In this document: in pieces, positions 29,916 to 39,830 of the stretch | Layout of the letters: every line of letters begins with the position of its first letter | Position numbering within the stretch: position 1 is the stretch's first letter | DNA from: an uncultured Fibrobacteria bacterium | GTDB lineage: Bacteria > Fibrobacterota > Fibrobacteria > UBA11236 | Assembly: GCA_963716395.1 (NCBI GenBank) | Contig: OY970309.1 | Span: 3,168,001 to 3,232,000 of the forward strand | Length of the DNA stretch: 64,000 nt | Direction: 5' to 3' | The notes under the pieces: generated by a model | The model's input: only the letters and a program-made list of their open reading frames with translations | Told to the model about the DNA's origin: nothing | Databases searched by the model: none | Position numbers and translations under genes: made by a program

Positions 29916-30446
29916 ATGTTCCCAATACGCGTGGTGGCGGTGATTCTCGTCTTCGGCTCGCTGTCCGCAGCCCAGGCGCCTTCGCGCAATGAAAGGCGTG
30001 AGAACGTGGTGCGCACCGAATATTTGAAACTCACGGCCGACCTGCATGTGCCCGTCATTACGCCCGAAAAATTGAAAAAGGAATTGGACGACCCCAATTT
30101 GGTGCTGGTGGACGTGCGCCAACCCGCCGAACAAAAGGTTTCGATGCTACCGCATGCCTTCACGACTTTTCAATTCGCACAACGCTTCCATTACGGCTTC
30201 CCCAAGGACAAACACATCGTCACCTATTGCACCATCGGCAACCGCGCCGGGAAGTACGCCGAAGAATTGCTGGCCAAAGGCCTGCCCGTGCAAAACCTCG
30301 AATACGGTCTCTTGGGCTGGACGCATGTGGAGGGCCCTTTGGTCACGCGCGACAGCGCCGGCGCCTGGGTGCCGACCAAAAAGGTGCATGTCTTTTCTCA
30401 GGACATGCACAATTGGATTGCGCTCGACTACCAAGCCGTGTGGTGA
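29916..30446 (+). CDS. Exported rhodanese-like domain protein
   Basis: Signal peptide; LVDVRQPAE, active loop YCTIGNRA, NLEYGLLGW. Confidence 0.85.
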   Translation: MFPIRVVAVILVFGSLSAAQAPSRNERRENVVRTEYLKLTADLHVPVITPEKLKKELDDPNLVLVDVRQPAEQKVSMLPHAFTTFQFAQRFHYGFPKDKHIVTYCTIGNRAGKYAEELLAKGLPVQNLEYGLLGWTHVEGPLVTRDSAGAWVPTKKVHVFSQDMHNWIALDYQAVW

Positions 30447-30458
30447 CAGGACATGCCG

Positions 30459-31211
30459 TCACCGTCTCGGCCGCGGATCGACCCGGTGATAGTAACCCAG
30501 GCGATACCGGGCCGCCATGCGTACCGCGCAGAATCCATAGCGCAGCGGGTTGAGATAGGAGCGTTCGCCGGCGTAGCGCGCGGGAATGGGCAACTCGTCG
30601 ATGCGCAGCCCCAGGGCCGCGGCGCAGGCGATGACTTCGAGGTCGAAATCGAAATATCCGCTGAGTTTTTCGAAGGGAATGTTCCGCAAGGCCCGCCGGC
30701 CATAGAGCAGAAAGCCCGAATGCGGATCGGTCAGCCGATGCCCCAGGCAGCGGTTTTCCACCCAGGTCAGCGCTTTGCCCGCCACCACTTTATACCGCGG
30801 CATGCCGCCCGCGCGGGGATGGCCGGCAAGATGGCGCGACCCCTGCAACAGATCCAGGCGGTTCTGCAGCATGTGATCCGCGAACCCGCCGATGCGTTCG
30901 GGAGGATATTGCCCGTCAGCATGCAAACACACCGCGATCTCGCAGCCGGCTTCCCGGCATACGCCCAATCCCCGGCGCACAGCCAGGCCGTAGCCCTGGT
31001 TGCGCGCCGAGGTATGCACCTGGATTTTGGGCATGGCTGCGGCCAGCGCCTGCGCGCGCTCCGCAGTTTGATCGGCGCTGCCGTCGTCGATGACGGCTAC
31101 CACCTTCAGGCGCGGCCAAAGATCGACGGGAATGCGGGCCAGCACGGCCGGTAACGTGCTTTCCGCGTTGTACGCAGGAATGAATATTCCCAGCGACGGC
31201 TCCGGGTTCAT
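30459..31211 (-). CDS. Glycosyltransferase family 2 (DPM1-like)
   Basis: IPAYNAE, IDDGSADQT, NQGYG, HADGQY, GSR, TDPHSGF. Confidence 0.9.
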   Translation of the reverse strand: MNPEPSLGIFIPAYNAESTLPAVLARIPVDLWPRLKVVAVIDDGSADQTAERAQALAAAMPKIQVHTSARNQGYGLAVRRGLGVCREAGCEIAVCLHADGQYPPERIGGFADHMLQNRLDLLQGSRHLAGHPRAGGMPRYKVVAGKALTWVENRCLGHRLTDPHSGFLLYGRRALRNIPFEKLSGYFDFDLEVIACAAALGLRIDELPIPARYAGERSYLNPLRYGFCAVRMAARYRLGYYHRVDPRPRR

Positions 31212-32158
31212 GCCGCCGCCTCGACGGGTGCCGTTTCGGCGTCCCGGGCCGTTTTTTCCATCTGCACGATTTCCGTGAATCCGCGCGGCACGAATCCCAA
31301 ATCATCCCGGGCCGCCTGAATATCCGGAGCGGCGTCGTACAGCAAGCCATGCAGGCTCTGGCGCGAGGCCCAAGACAGGCGCCTGCCCCGCAGGCGCGAC
31401 AGCATTTCCGCGGCCCAGGCCGAGGCGCGCAACAGTTTTTCCGGAACCGGCAGCACGGCTTTGACCCGTCCCCGGTTGCGTAACACGGCGGCGGCCATGG
31501 CGGCCAAGGTGACGACTTCGGAACCGCCCAGGGCATAGGTTTTTCCTCGGCAACGCGCCTCGTCCGGAATGCGGATCAACGCCCGGCACAGGTCTTCGAC
31601 ATGCACCGGCCGCTTGCGCGCACCGCCGCGTCGCGGCAAGGGCAAAACCGGCCAACGCAGCACCGCGGCGGCGAAGGCCCGGTATTCCTCGCCGCCGCCC
31701 CGGCCATCGAGCACCAGGCAGGGACGCACGATGGTCCACGGCAATGCCGAATCACGAACCAGGGTTTCAGCTGCGGCCTTGGACGCCGAATACGCGTTGT
31801 GCTCGGGATAGGTCACGGAGATGGAACTGATGAAAATGAAATGCGTCACGCTGACGATGTGCGCGGCGGCCAAAGTGAGGCGCGTGCCTTCGGTGTTGAC
31901 GCGGTGAAAACGCGCGGGATCTTCGGGCGAGGCCAACACCGCCGCCAGGTGAAAAACGGTATGCACCCCGCGCATGGCTGCCGCCAAATCCGCCGGGTGC
32001 GTGACGTCCCCGTATTGCACGTCGATACCGGCGCTTTGCAAGGCCGCGTCGGAAGCTGGCTGCGGCAAGCCCAGCACACGCACCCGGTGGCCGACGGCCG
32101 ACAAGGCTCGGGCCAATCGGCTTCCCATCAAACCGTTGCCGCCCGTGATCAACACCAT
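31208..32158 (-). CDS. NAD-dependent epimerase/dehydratase (extended SDR)
   Basis: ITGGNGLMG, FHLAA, YSASK; ATGA overlap with the GT2 gene. Confidence 0.88.
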   Translation of the reverse strand: MVLITGGNGLMGSRLARALSAVGHRVRVLGLPQPASDAALQSAGIDVQYGDVTHPADLAAAMRGVHTVFHLAAVLASPEDPARFHRVNTEGTRLTLAAAHIVSVTHFIFISSISVTYPEHNAYSASKAAAETLVRDSALPWTIVRPCLVLDGRGGGEEYRAFAAAVLRWPVLPLPRRGGARKRPVHVEDLCRALIRIPDEARCRGKTYALGGSEVVTLAAMAAAVLRNRGRVKAVLPVPEKLLRASAWAAEMLSRLRGRRLSWASRQSLHGLLYDAAPDIQAARDDLGFVPRGFTEIVQMEKTARDAETAPVEAAA

Positions 32159-32234
32159 GCGGCAAAATTACCATGATTGCCGCGCCTCCAAATGGGATTG
32201 GTATTTTAGCCAGACCGAATCCGGTCCTAAAGCC

Positions 32235-32732
32235 ATGTCCGCCTCCACCCCACTTTGCCCGCTGCTGACACCTTCGGTGGAATTCCACCTCGCGTTAACC
32301 GAAAAGACGCGGCAACGCATGCTCGATCTCATCGCGGGCCTGTCACCGGATCAGCTGCGCCGCATACCGCCGGGCTTTCGCAACCACCTGCTGTGGAATC
32401 TCGGTCATGCCCTGGTGTCGCAGCAATTGCTCTGCTATGAAAAATGCGGACAGGCCTTGCGTATTCCGGTTTATCTCCCTCCCCTGTTCCGCAAAGGCAC
32501 CCATCCGGGCCAATGGACCGGCCAGGTCGACGCCGACGAAATCATATCCTGGCTGCGCGAAACGCCGCGACTCTTGCGCACCGACATCGACCAGGGCCGT
32601 TTGGGTGAATTTGCGGGTTACGACACTTCCATGGGTCTGCGGCTGACCAATTTATCCGATACTTTGACCTATTCAACCTGGCATGAAGGCCAGCATTTGG
32701 GCATCATGCTGGCTTTGAGGAAATTGGTGTAA
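32235..32732 (+). CDS. DinB family protein
   Basis: IPPGFRNHLLWNLGH and HEGQHLG metal-binding His motifs. Confidence 0.88.
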   Translation: MSASTPLCPLLTPSVEFHLALTEKTRQRMLDLIAGLSPDQLRRIPPGFRNHLLWNLGHALVSQQLLCYEKCGQALRIPVYLPPLFRKGTHPGQWTGQVDADEIISWLRETPRLLRTDIDQGRLGEFAGYDTSMGLRLTNLSDTLTYSTWHEGQHLGIMLALRKLV

Positions 32733-32811
32733 ACCGAACCATATCGGCACTTCCGCGGGTCAGATAAAATTCGGGGCCCGCTGGCCGGGCCGAGTCGCGA
32801 CCCGCGCGGGC

Positions 32812-32832
32812 CTTATTAAGCTTATTAAGCTT
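32812..32832. repeat. Tandem 9-bp repeat (CTTATTAAG)x2 plus CTT upstream of the Ser/Thr kinase
   Basis: Read directly from the sequence; an AT-rich island in GC-rich context. Confidence 0.6.
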
Positions 32833-32859
32833 TAGGACTGGCTCCCACGGGGCGGCACG

Positions 32860-34581
32860 ATGAAGTCTGAAGACAAAACCAGGGGATCGTCGGCCGAGGC
32901 CACCCGCGTGCTGGGGGCTGCGGCGCCGGCTTCCGAACCCAGCCCGCTGTTGGCGCCCAAGCCGGCCGAAACCGGGAACGGACTCGCGCCAGAAATCGAC
33001 CCGTTTCACTCCGATCCCTTTATCGGCCGCATCGTCGGCAATTGCCGCATCCTGGAAAAGATCAACGAGGGCGGCAGCAGTTTCATTTACCGCGCCCTCA
33101 ACGTCAACTTCAACCTCGAACGGGTCGTCAAGATTCTGAAACCGGCGTTGGCCGAAGACCGGGATTATTTCGAAGGTTTCAAGCAAGAGGCGCAGCTTAC
33201 GGCGCGCTTGGATCACCCCAATATCTTGCGGGTGTTCGACACCGGTGAGATCGGCCGGCAATTCTTCATCGAAATGGAATACGTGGGCGGACAAAGCCTG
33301 CGCGAGTTCATGCATCGGCAGCAGCGCATCCGCGAAATCGATATTCTCGGCATCGCCAGCCAGATCGCCCAGGCGCTGGATTACGCCCATCACGCCCGCA
33401 TTCAGACGCCGTCGGGCGAAACCTTGATCGGCATTCTCCACCGCGATCTCAAACCCGAAAACATCATGCTGCCGCCGGGAGGCGGGCTCAAGCTCATGGA
33501 TTTCGGCGCGGCCAAACCGTTGAGTCTGAATTCCAAAACCCCGCAGGGCACCATCGTCGGCACGCCGCATTACATGTCGCCGGAACAGATCAACGGCGAA
33601 GCCCTGGATGCGCGCAGCGATTTTTTCAGCCTGGGCGTGGTGCTCTACGAACTGTGTTGCGGACAGCGGCCTTTCGACTCGGAGAACCTGGCGATTCTGC
33701 TGGCGCGCCTCGACGCCGGCAAATACACGCCGCTGCGCAAGTTGCGTCCCTCGATTTCGCCGCTTACCGAAGAACTGGTGGAGAAATTGCTGGCCAAGTC
33801 GCCGCAGCGAAGACCGGCTTCGGCCAAAGAGATTCTGCAAAGCCTGCAAATCGCCTTGCGCACCCAACAACAATGGGGCGCCGGCGCGCGGGCCAAAGTG
33901 CCGTTTTCCCTCCGCCGCGCCTTTCCCTCCATCGCGTTGGGTTTCAGCACCGTCGCGCTGCTGTTGTCGGGTTTTCTCGCCGTGCGCTTCTTTCCGCTCT
34001 GGCGCAACCCCGGTGGGCTCAAGGCGCATTTCACCGCCCTGGTGGCCAAAGGATTGGATGCGGAGCGCAAGGGTGATTTGGACGCCGCTTTGAATTTGTA
34101 CGACCTGATGCCGCCTCCCAGCCGCGGAGGCGATCCCCAAAGTTATCTGCTCAGCCAATTGGAAGCCGCGAACATCTACATGCAGCGCGGGCAATTGACC
34201 AAGGCGCGGGCCATGCTCGAGGATTTGCACAACCACTACCGCGATCCCGCCGTCGACGCTTATCTCGGCATGCTGTATTTCAAATCGGCCCTGTATCTCG
34301 AAGCCAAAGACCATTTGCAGGCCGCGCTCGATTCTCCCCGCCAAACCGTGCTGCGCCTGTCCGACGACTTCACCCCGTCCGCCTTGCACGCCGATATACT
34401 GTATTACTTGGCCGATGCCTGGGACGGCCAATTCACCTTCGTGAACAAACTCCCCGAATATCGCGACAAGGCCGTGGCCGCCTACCACTCCTACCTCGAC
34501 TTCGCCTGTTCCGGCAGTAATGCCGACAAGCATTGCGAGACGGCGAAGAAGCGTCTGCAGGAATTGACGAACCATCCGTGA
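32860..34581 (+). CDS. Membrane Ser/Thr protein kinase (Hanks type) with extracytoplasmic TPR-like region
   Basis: VVKIL, HPNI, HRDLKPEN, MDFG, GTPHYMSPEQ, SDFFSLG; a single TM followed by helical repeats. Confidence 0.92.
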   Translation: MKSEDKTRGSSAEATRVLGAAAPASEPSPLLAPKPAETGNGLAPEIDPFHSDPFIGRIVGNCRILEKINEGGSSFIYRALNVNFNLERVVKILKPALAEDRDYFEGFKQEAQLTARLDHPNILRVFDTGEIGRQFFIEMEYVGGQSLREFMHRQQRIREIDILGIASQIAQALDYAHHARIQTPSGETLIGILHRDLKPENIMLPPGGGLKLMDFGAAKPLSLNSKTPQGTIVGTPHYMSPEQINGEALDARSDFFSLGVVLYELCCGQRPFDSENLAILLARLDAGKYTPLRKLRPSISPLTEELVEKLLAKSPQRRPASAKEILQSLQIALRTQQQWGAGARAKVPFSLRRAFPSIALGFSTVALLLSGFLAVRFFPLWRNPGGLKAHFTALVAKGLDAERKGDLDAALNLYDLMPPPSRGGDPQSYLLSQLEAANIYMQRGQLTKARAMLEDLHNHYRDPAVDAYLGMLYFKSALYLEAKDHLQAALDSPRQTVLRLSDDFTPSALHADILYYLADAWDGQFTFVNKLPEYRDKAVAAYHSYLDFACSGSNADKHCETAKKRLQELTNHP

Positions 34582-37055
34582 TGGTGCGCCCCGGCGCTTC
34601 CGACAACGCAGGATTGGCGCGGTTCAGCCTGGGAATCCGCGTGCTGTTGCTGGCCGCCTGGATTTTCCTGCTCGGCCATAAGCTGGGTTCGATTCCGCCG
34701 CTGGGAAAATTCTTCAACCCCTTCGGGGGCTTCTGGCGCAATGCCGAAACAAGTTCACCGCGCGGAGGTATCGTGCCGGTGACGGGATTGCCGGATTCGG
34801 TGCGCATCGAATACGATCACCGTGGCGTGCCCCACGTTTTCGCCCGTAGTCTGTACGGGATGTTTTTCGCGCAGGGCTATGTCACGGCCCGCGATCGCTT
34901 GTGGCAAATGGATGTGCAAAGCCGCGCGGGTTTGGGCCGTCTCGCCGAAGTCATGGGGCCGAAGCTGCTGCGCTTCGATCGCGAACGCCGCCGTACCGGA
35001 ATCGCGGGATCGGTGCGGCCGGCCCTGCGGAAGATTCTCACCGACTCCTTGTCGCGCAGGGCGCTCTTGGCCTATACCGCCGGGGTCAACGCCTGGATAC
35101 ACAAGCTGCGTCCCGCGGAGTATCCCTTCGAGTTCAAATTGCTGGACTATGCGCCGGAGCCGTGGACACCCCTGAAATGCGTGGCTTTGATCAAAAACAT
35201 GCAATGGACTCTGTCCAAAGGCAATGAAGACGCGCCTCTCACCCATACTCTGCAAAAGCTGGGTGACTCGGCTTTCCGGCGGCTTTATCCGTTGCGCAAT
35301 CCCGGCGCGATCCCTATCGTGCCAGAGATCTCGACTTTTAATTCCTCTCCGGCGCCATCCCCGGCGCCCTTACACCCTGTGAAATTGGGTGCGGCTCTCC
35401 CGCCGCAAACCGACCCCTTTTTCACGCGCCCCCAACCCGGAGCCGGTTCGGACAATTTCGTGGTGGCCGGACGCCTCACGGCCACTGGTTTTCCTCTACT
35501 CGGTAATGACCCGCATCTCGATCTCACCTTGCCCTCGATCTGGTATGAAATCCAATTGCAAGCGGGTAATATCAATGCTTACGGGGTCAGCTTGCCTGGC
35601 GCTCCGGGCGTGATCATCGGCTTCAATGCGCAGGCGGCCTGGGGCGAAACGAATGGGGAGGACGACGTCTATGATTGGATCGCCGTGGCCTTTCGCGATT
35701 CCACCGATCGCAGCTACCGCTGGCAGGGAGGCTGGGATTCGACCCGCTTCGTCCTGGATACCATTTTCGTACGCGGCCTGGCGCCCGTGGTCGACACCCA
35801 AGTATGGACCCGCTGGGGTCCGGTGCCGGTTCGCCCGGGCGAAAAGCCCTTCGACCGCAATACGCCGCCGCAATGCGCCCTGCGCTGGCTGGCGCTCGAG
35901 CCTTCCAACGACCTCAAGCCGTTTCTGTCCTTGCTGGCCGCCCGCGATTATGCCTCGTTCCGCGCTGCCATCGCCGATCTGCATTGTCCTTCGCAGAATT
36001 TTGCCTTCGCCGACTCCGCCGACATTGCCTTGGTGCATCAGGGGCGTTTTCCCGTCAAACCTCCGGGTCTGGGTCGAACCGTGATTTCCGTCGCAGACTC
36101 TTATCGCTTGTGGTCGTCTTTTGTGCCCGATTCGCTATTGCCCGCCGCGCACAATCCCGCACGCGGCTGGCTCGAGTCTTCGAACCAGGAGCCCGCGGAC
36201 AGCACCTATCCCTATTATCTCGGATCGGGATTTTATCCTTCGGAGCGGGCCGGCCGCATGGGCCGATTGCTACAGGGGGTACGGCCGCATTCTCTGACCC
36301 TGGCCCAGGCGTGGACCTTTGCCCTCGACGATTACAGCCCGCATGCGGCCCAGGCCCTGCCCCTGCTTTTGCGCGGCCTGGATACCGCCGCCTTGTCGCC
36401 CCCGGCCCGCCGGGCGGTGCGGATCCTGCGGGCCTGGAATTTTCATTACGATGCGCATTCGGTGGCCGCCGCGATTTTCGACGGCTGGTGGAAGACCTGG
36501 TATAAATCCGTATGGGAAAACGTGTTCGGCCCGGATACCGACCGCTTCGCCTGGCCGTCGCGTCCCGTAACGTGCGAGTTACTGACCGACGATCCCGCAT
36601 CGCCCTGGTTCGACGATCCCCACACCCCGCAGCGCGAAACCGCGGCGGACGAGGCGCGGGCGGCTTTGGAAACCACCGTCACAGAATTAAACGTCCGACC
36701 CGGCGGCCTGGACAGCGCCTTTTGGGGTCGGGTGCGGCCTTTGGCCCTTCCCCACTTGCTGCGGCTCAAACCGCTGGGTCTGTATGGCTTAGCCGGTGAT
36801 GGTTGCGAAGAATGCCTGGATGCCCAGCGCGGCACGCATGGTCCGTCCTGGCGCATGGTGGTGCAATTGGGAAATCCGCCGCGCGCCTGGGGTGGATACC
36901 CGGGCGGCCAAAGCGGCAACCCGGGATCACCGGCTTTCACCGCCTTTGTGTCGCATTGGCTGCAGGGCCAGCCCTACGTCTTGTTGTACCTGAAAGGACC
37001 GCAGGCCGACCCGGACTCCATCGCCTATGCCCTCACCTTGAAAGGTCGGCCGTAA
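34581..37055 (+). CDS. Penicillin acylase family protein (Ntn hydrolase, peptidase S45)
   Basis: DHRGVPHVFA, AQGYVTARDRLWQMD, beta-subunit start GSDNFVV, NDPHL, YPGGQSGNPGS. Confidence 0.92.
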   Translation: MVRPGASDNAGLARFSLGIRVLLLAAWIFLLGHKLGSIPPLGKFFNPFGGFWRNAETSSPRGGIVPVTGLPDSVRIEYDHRGVPHVFARSLYGMFFAQGYVTARDRLWQMDVQSRAGLGRLAEVMGPKLLRFDRERRRTGIAGSVRPALRKILTDSLSRRALLAYTAGVNAWIHKLRPAEYPFEFKLLDYAPEPWTPLKCVALIKNMQWTLSKGNEDAPLTHTLQKLGDSAFRRLYPLRNPGAIPIVPEISTFNSSPAPSPAPLHPVKLGAALPPQTDPFFTRPQPGAGSDNFVVAGRLTATGFPLLGNDPHLDLTLPSIWYEIQLQAGNINAYGVSLPGAPGVIIGFNAQAAWGETNGEDDVYDWIAVAFRDSTDRSYRWQGGWDSTRFVLDTIFVRGLAPVVDTQVWTRWGPVPVRPGEKPFDRNTPPQCALRWLALEPSNDLKPFLSLLAARDYASFRAAIADLHCPSQNFAFADSADIALVHQGRFPVKPPGLGRTVISVADSYRLWSSFVPDSLLPAAHNPARGWLESSNQEPADSTYPYYLGSGFYPSERAGRMGRLLQGVRPHSLTLAQAWTFALDDYSPHAAQALPLLLRGLDTAALSPPARRAVRILRAWNFHYDAHSVAAAIFDGWWKTWYKSVWENVFGPDTDRFAWPSRPVTCELLTDDPASPWFDDPHTPQRETAADEARAALETTVTELNVRPGGLDSAFWGRVRPLALPHLLRLKPLGLYGLAGDGCEECLDAQRGTHGPSWRMVVQLGNPPRAWGGYPGGQSGNPGSPAFTAFVSHWLQGQPYVLLYLKGPQADPDSIAYALTLKGRP

Positions 37056-37387
37056 TGGCCGCGCTCGCCATGGTCGCTTTCTCAGCTTGCCTGGTTGGCG
37101 GTTGGTGGCTGCCCTGGTGGTGGCCGGCGCTGGTGGGTGCGGTGCTGGGATTCTCCGTCCCCCGTGTGCGTTATGGCGTCTGGGCTGCGGCCGGGGGCGC
37201 GGCCTTGGCCTGGGGCGCGGCGGCGCTCTGGATCAATACCAAAAATCATGGTTTATTGGCCGGCAAGGTCGCGGACCTGTTCCATGTATCCGGCGGCGGG
37301 TGGATGGTGGTGGGGACGATTTTATTGGGAGGCGCGACGGCCGGTTTGGGTGCCTGGATGGGAGCCGGCTTGCGCAGATCCCGATGA
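37055..37387 (+). CDS. Small integral membrane protein
   Basis: TAATG coupling to the acylase; about four hydrophobic segments; WWLPWWW. Confidence 0.7.
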   Translation: MAALAMVAFSACLVGGWWLPWWWPALVGAVLGFSVPRVRYGVWAAAGGAALAWGAAALWINTKNHGLLAGKVADLFHVSGGGWMVVGTILLGGATAGLGAWMGAGLRRSR

Positions 37388-37431
37388 ACACCCGATGAAA
37401 ATATCAAGGTGATAGCGTCGGGGAGCACCCC

Positions 37432-37477
37432 AAAAAACATGGACCCAGGCCGACTCAGGAGAGGCGACCACCCGCCC
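37432..37477 (-). terminator. Probable intrinsic terminator downstream of the RRM gene
   Basis: Imperfect GC-rich hairpin (GGTCG..CTC-TCCT-GAG..CGGCC) followed by ATGTTTTTT on the minus strand. Confidence 0.4.
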
Positions 37478-37621
37478 CCGTTAGAGAGGGGAAACCTTGC
37501 CCGGACCGGAAAACATGTCACGATAGCGACCCGGTTTTCCGCGTCGCGACCGCATCCGAAAATCATCGTGGCATTTGCGCCGGGAATTTCCGAGCGCGGG
37601 AATGCCAGAAGCCGGAACCGA

Positions 37622-37897
37622 TTACCAGCGATTATTGCCGCGCTGCGGCTTGTTCTCGCGGGGGCGGGCTTCGTTGACCTTCATCTGCCGACCTTTGAGT
37701 TCTTTGCCGTTCAGCATTTGCATGGCCTTTTGCGCGTCCGAGTCATTCGGCATATCGACGAATGCAAAACCGCGCGGGCGTCCTGTTTCTCGATCCATCA
37801 TGACTTTCACCGAAGTGACTTGACCGCAAGCTGCGAACGCCGCTTCCAATTCATTTTGCGTGACGTCAAAAGACAAATTGCCGACGAACAAATTCAT
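37622..37897 (-). CDS. RNA-binding protein (single RRM domain)
   Basis: RNP2 LFVGNL, RNP1 RGFAFVDM, C-terminal VNEARPRE. Confidence 0.95.
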   Translation of the reverse strand: MNLFVGNLSFDVTQNELEAAFAACGQVTSVKVMMDRETGRPRGFAFVDMPNDSDAQKAMQMLNGKELKGRQMKVNEARPRENKPQRGNNRW

Positions 37898-37951
37898 ACC
37901 ATTTTCCTTGTTGTGTAGTGGAGATCCAATCGCTGGGACTTTACGCAGTAC

Positions 37952-39763
37952 TCAAATCGCCCGGACGGGACTTGCGGTAGTGTAGTAAGGGAATGGCTTT
38001 TTGGCTATGTAAATCGTCAGCCAGGTTTTTTCTAGGGAAAACGGTTTTCGCCGATCCGGCGCTTTGCGCCCGGCCTGGGAAAATCCCGTGGCCGCAGGTT
38101 TCGGGGTCGAAACCCGTTCCCAAGCGGCCAGGCGAAGCAAAGCGAGGTGCAGCAATCTCGGGTTTTTGCCGAATCGGGCCACAGCCTCGGCAATACCGGC
38201 CGCCGGCGTCCAGGGTTCCGGAACGGCACCCCCGGTATGATTCCAGGCCGAATCTGAAGCCAACAAGACTTCGGCGCCATCGCAATACAAGGTGGTCATG
38301 GCTTGGGTGCGCGCCAAATACGCCGCCAGGGGCTGATAGCGTGCATCTTCCCCGATGGGCAGCAGAACTATATCGATGTGATATTTGCGGCGATAGGCGG
38401 CAAAGCGGTCCGGATGGTCGAAAAGATCCAGGAATTCGCCCCAAAAACGGGTGTCATGCAAAATCATGCGGCCATCCACGAAGGGACGCAAACCGGTGAG
38501 CTGCCACCCCAAATACCCGCCATGCCGAATTTCGTTGAAGAGAACCCCATGTAAAGGGTGTTGTCGCAAGTAAGCCACCGCCCCTGCCGGAAAGCGAAAG
38601 GGCGTTTCCCAACTACCCGGAATTTCCCACCTTCGTTCCAAGTGCAAGTCGGCCGCGAACAAGGCTCCATGCAAAAGAGTCCAAACCCAGCAAAAGGCCG
38701 CCGCCGCCCGCCATCCCGGCCGTACCGAGCTTTTCGCTTTCGCGGGCAACCCGATTTGCAGGGCCCGGGCCGAGGCGATCAGCACCGCCAGCAGAAAAAG
38801 CGGTAAATTCCGTTGAGCCATCAGGCCCAATCCGCCGTAAACCGCGAGCAGTAGGGCTTCACCCCGGGCGCGGCGACGGACCAGCATCAGCAAACCCCCG
38901 GCCGCGGCGGCCAGTAGAATAAACGGATAAGCGGCCGCAGGATCGCGAAAAAACCAGCGCCAATAGGGAATATTCTCCGCCACCTCGCGCGAAAAAAAAG
39001 CCCGGCCGACGGGAAGGATGCGGCGCAGCAGACGCAGGGGAAAAATCCATCCGCGCCAGCCAAAGGGATTTGCCAAACCCGCGAAGAACAACCCTGCCGG
39101 CAGGCGTAACACCGAAGCGACGCGCCGGAAACCCCAGCGCGCGGGTGGGGTTGTTCCGGCATTCAGCGCTTCGCCCAAACACAAGGCCGCCGCCTGAACC
39201 GGCCCCAGCCAAAACAGCCCCTGCATTTGCACCAGTATCAATTGCAGGGCGATAAGCCGCAACCAGGGCATGGGCCGGTGCGCATCCCAGGCGTCGCGCA
39301 GGCAGCGGTATTGGGTGGCCAGCAACAGCAAGGTGGCCCACAACGGACGGATATCGGTCAGGTAACGTCCGTGGAACGCGGCGTAGGCCGCCAGCGCGGC
39401 CAGAAAAGGCGCGGTTCTCCCATTCCAGGCGCGCCACAACACCAGAGCGAAAATTCCTGCGGCCGCGGCCGCCTTGGCCGCCACCAAGGCAAAATCGCCT
39501 CCCAGCTTCCAGAGAGCATAGACCATCAATTGAAAGCCCCATTGGGCGTCGATCCATGGAGCGCCCAATGAGGCCGTACAAAAAGGATCGGTGCGCGGTA
39601 CGGCCCCGTGCCGCCACATCCAACGGGCCGCGGAGAGATGCCACCAGATGTCGGTGTCGGTAATGGGAAAAACGTGGCAGGCAAATACGAATGCCAGCAA
39701 GGCGAACAAAGCCGCAGCGGCCAAAAGGCCCCGTCGATCCCCAGGGACGGATTCGATCTTCAT
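37952..39763 (-). CDS. Polytopic membrane protein, putative GT-C-fold glycosyltransferase
   Basis: TM1 followed by DTDIWWHL...DPF...QWGFQ; about 11 TMs; periplasmic domain with GGYL...FVDGR. The function is inference. Confidence 0.65.
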   Translation of the reverse strand: MKIESVPGDRRGLLAAAALFALLAFVFACHVFPITDTDIWWHLSAARWMWRHGAVPRTDPFCTASLGAPWIDAQWGFQLMVYALWKLGGDFALVAAKAAAAAGIFALVLWRAWNGRTAPFLAALAAYAAFHGRYLTDIRPLWATLLLLATQYRCLRDAWDAHRPMPWLRLIALQLILVQMQGLFWLGPVQAAALCLGEALNAGTTPPARWGFRRVASVLRLPAGLFFAGLANPFGWRGWIFPLRLLRRILPVGRAFFSREVAENIPYWRWFFRDPAAAYPFILLAAAAGGLLMLVRRRARGEALLLAVYGGLGLMAQRNLPLFLLAVLIASARALQIGLPAKAKSSVRPGWRAAAAFCWVWTLLHGALFAADLHLERRWEIPGSWETPFRFPAGAVAYLRQHPLHGVLFNEIRHGGYLGWQLTGLRPFVDGRMILHDTRFWGEFLDLFDHPDRFAAYRRKYHIDIVLLPIGEDARYQPLAAYLARTQAMTTLYCDGAEVLLASDSAWNHTGGAVPEPWTPAAGIAEAVARFGKNPRLLHLALLRLAAWERVSTPKPAATGFSQAGRKAPDRRKPFSLEKTWLTIYIAKKPFPYYTTASPVRAI

Positions 39764-39830
39764 TCTGGAATATTAGCAGGAGAGGCATCGAATTCTGGTC
39801 ACGCCGCGCCCCGCTACCTAGTTTGCAAAT

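Noticed and set aside
9064-34575. Long antisense ORFs such as 9064-10305, 17099-18580, 22125-23438, 28543-29835 and 32704-34575
   Set aside because: Shadows of well-supported genes on the opposite strand, as expected in high-GC DNA.
37415-37500. Resemblance to ZTP or cobalamin riboswitch fragments (GGGGAGC, GCCTGGG, GCCCCCG)
   Set aside because: The elements are in the wrong order or on opposite strands, and the region lies between convergent 3' ends.
37952-38130. C-terminal tail of the GT-C-like protein as a real domain
   Set aside because: It runs through the AT-rich promoter region of the RRM gene and looks like read-through, not a conserved domain.
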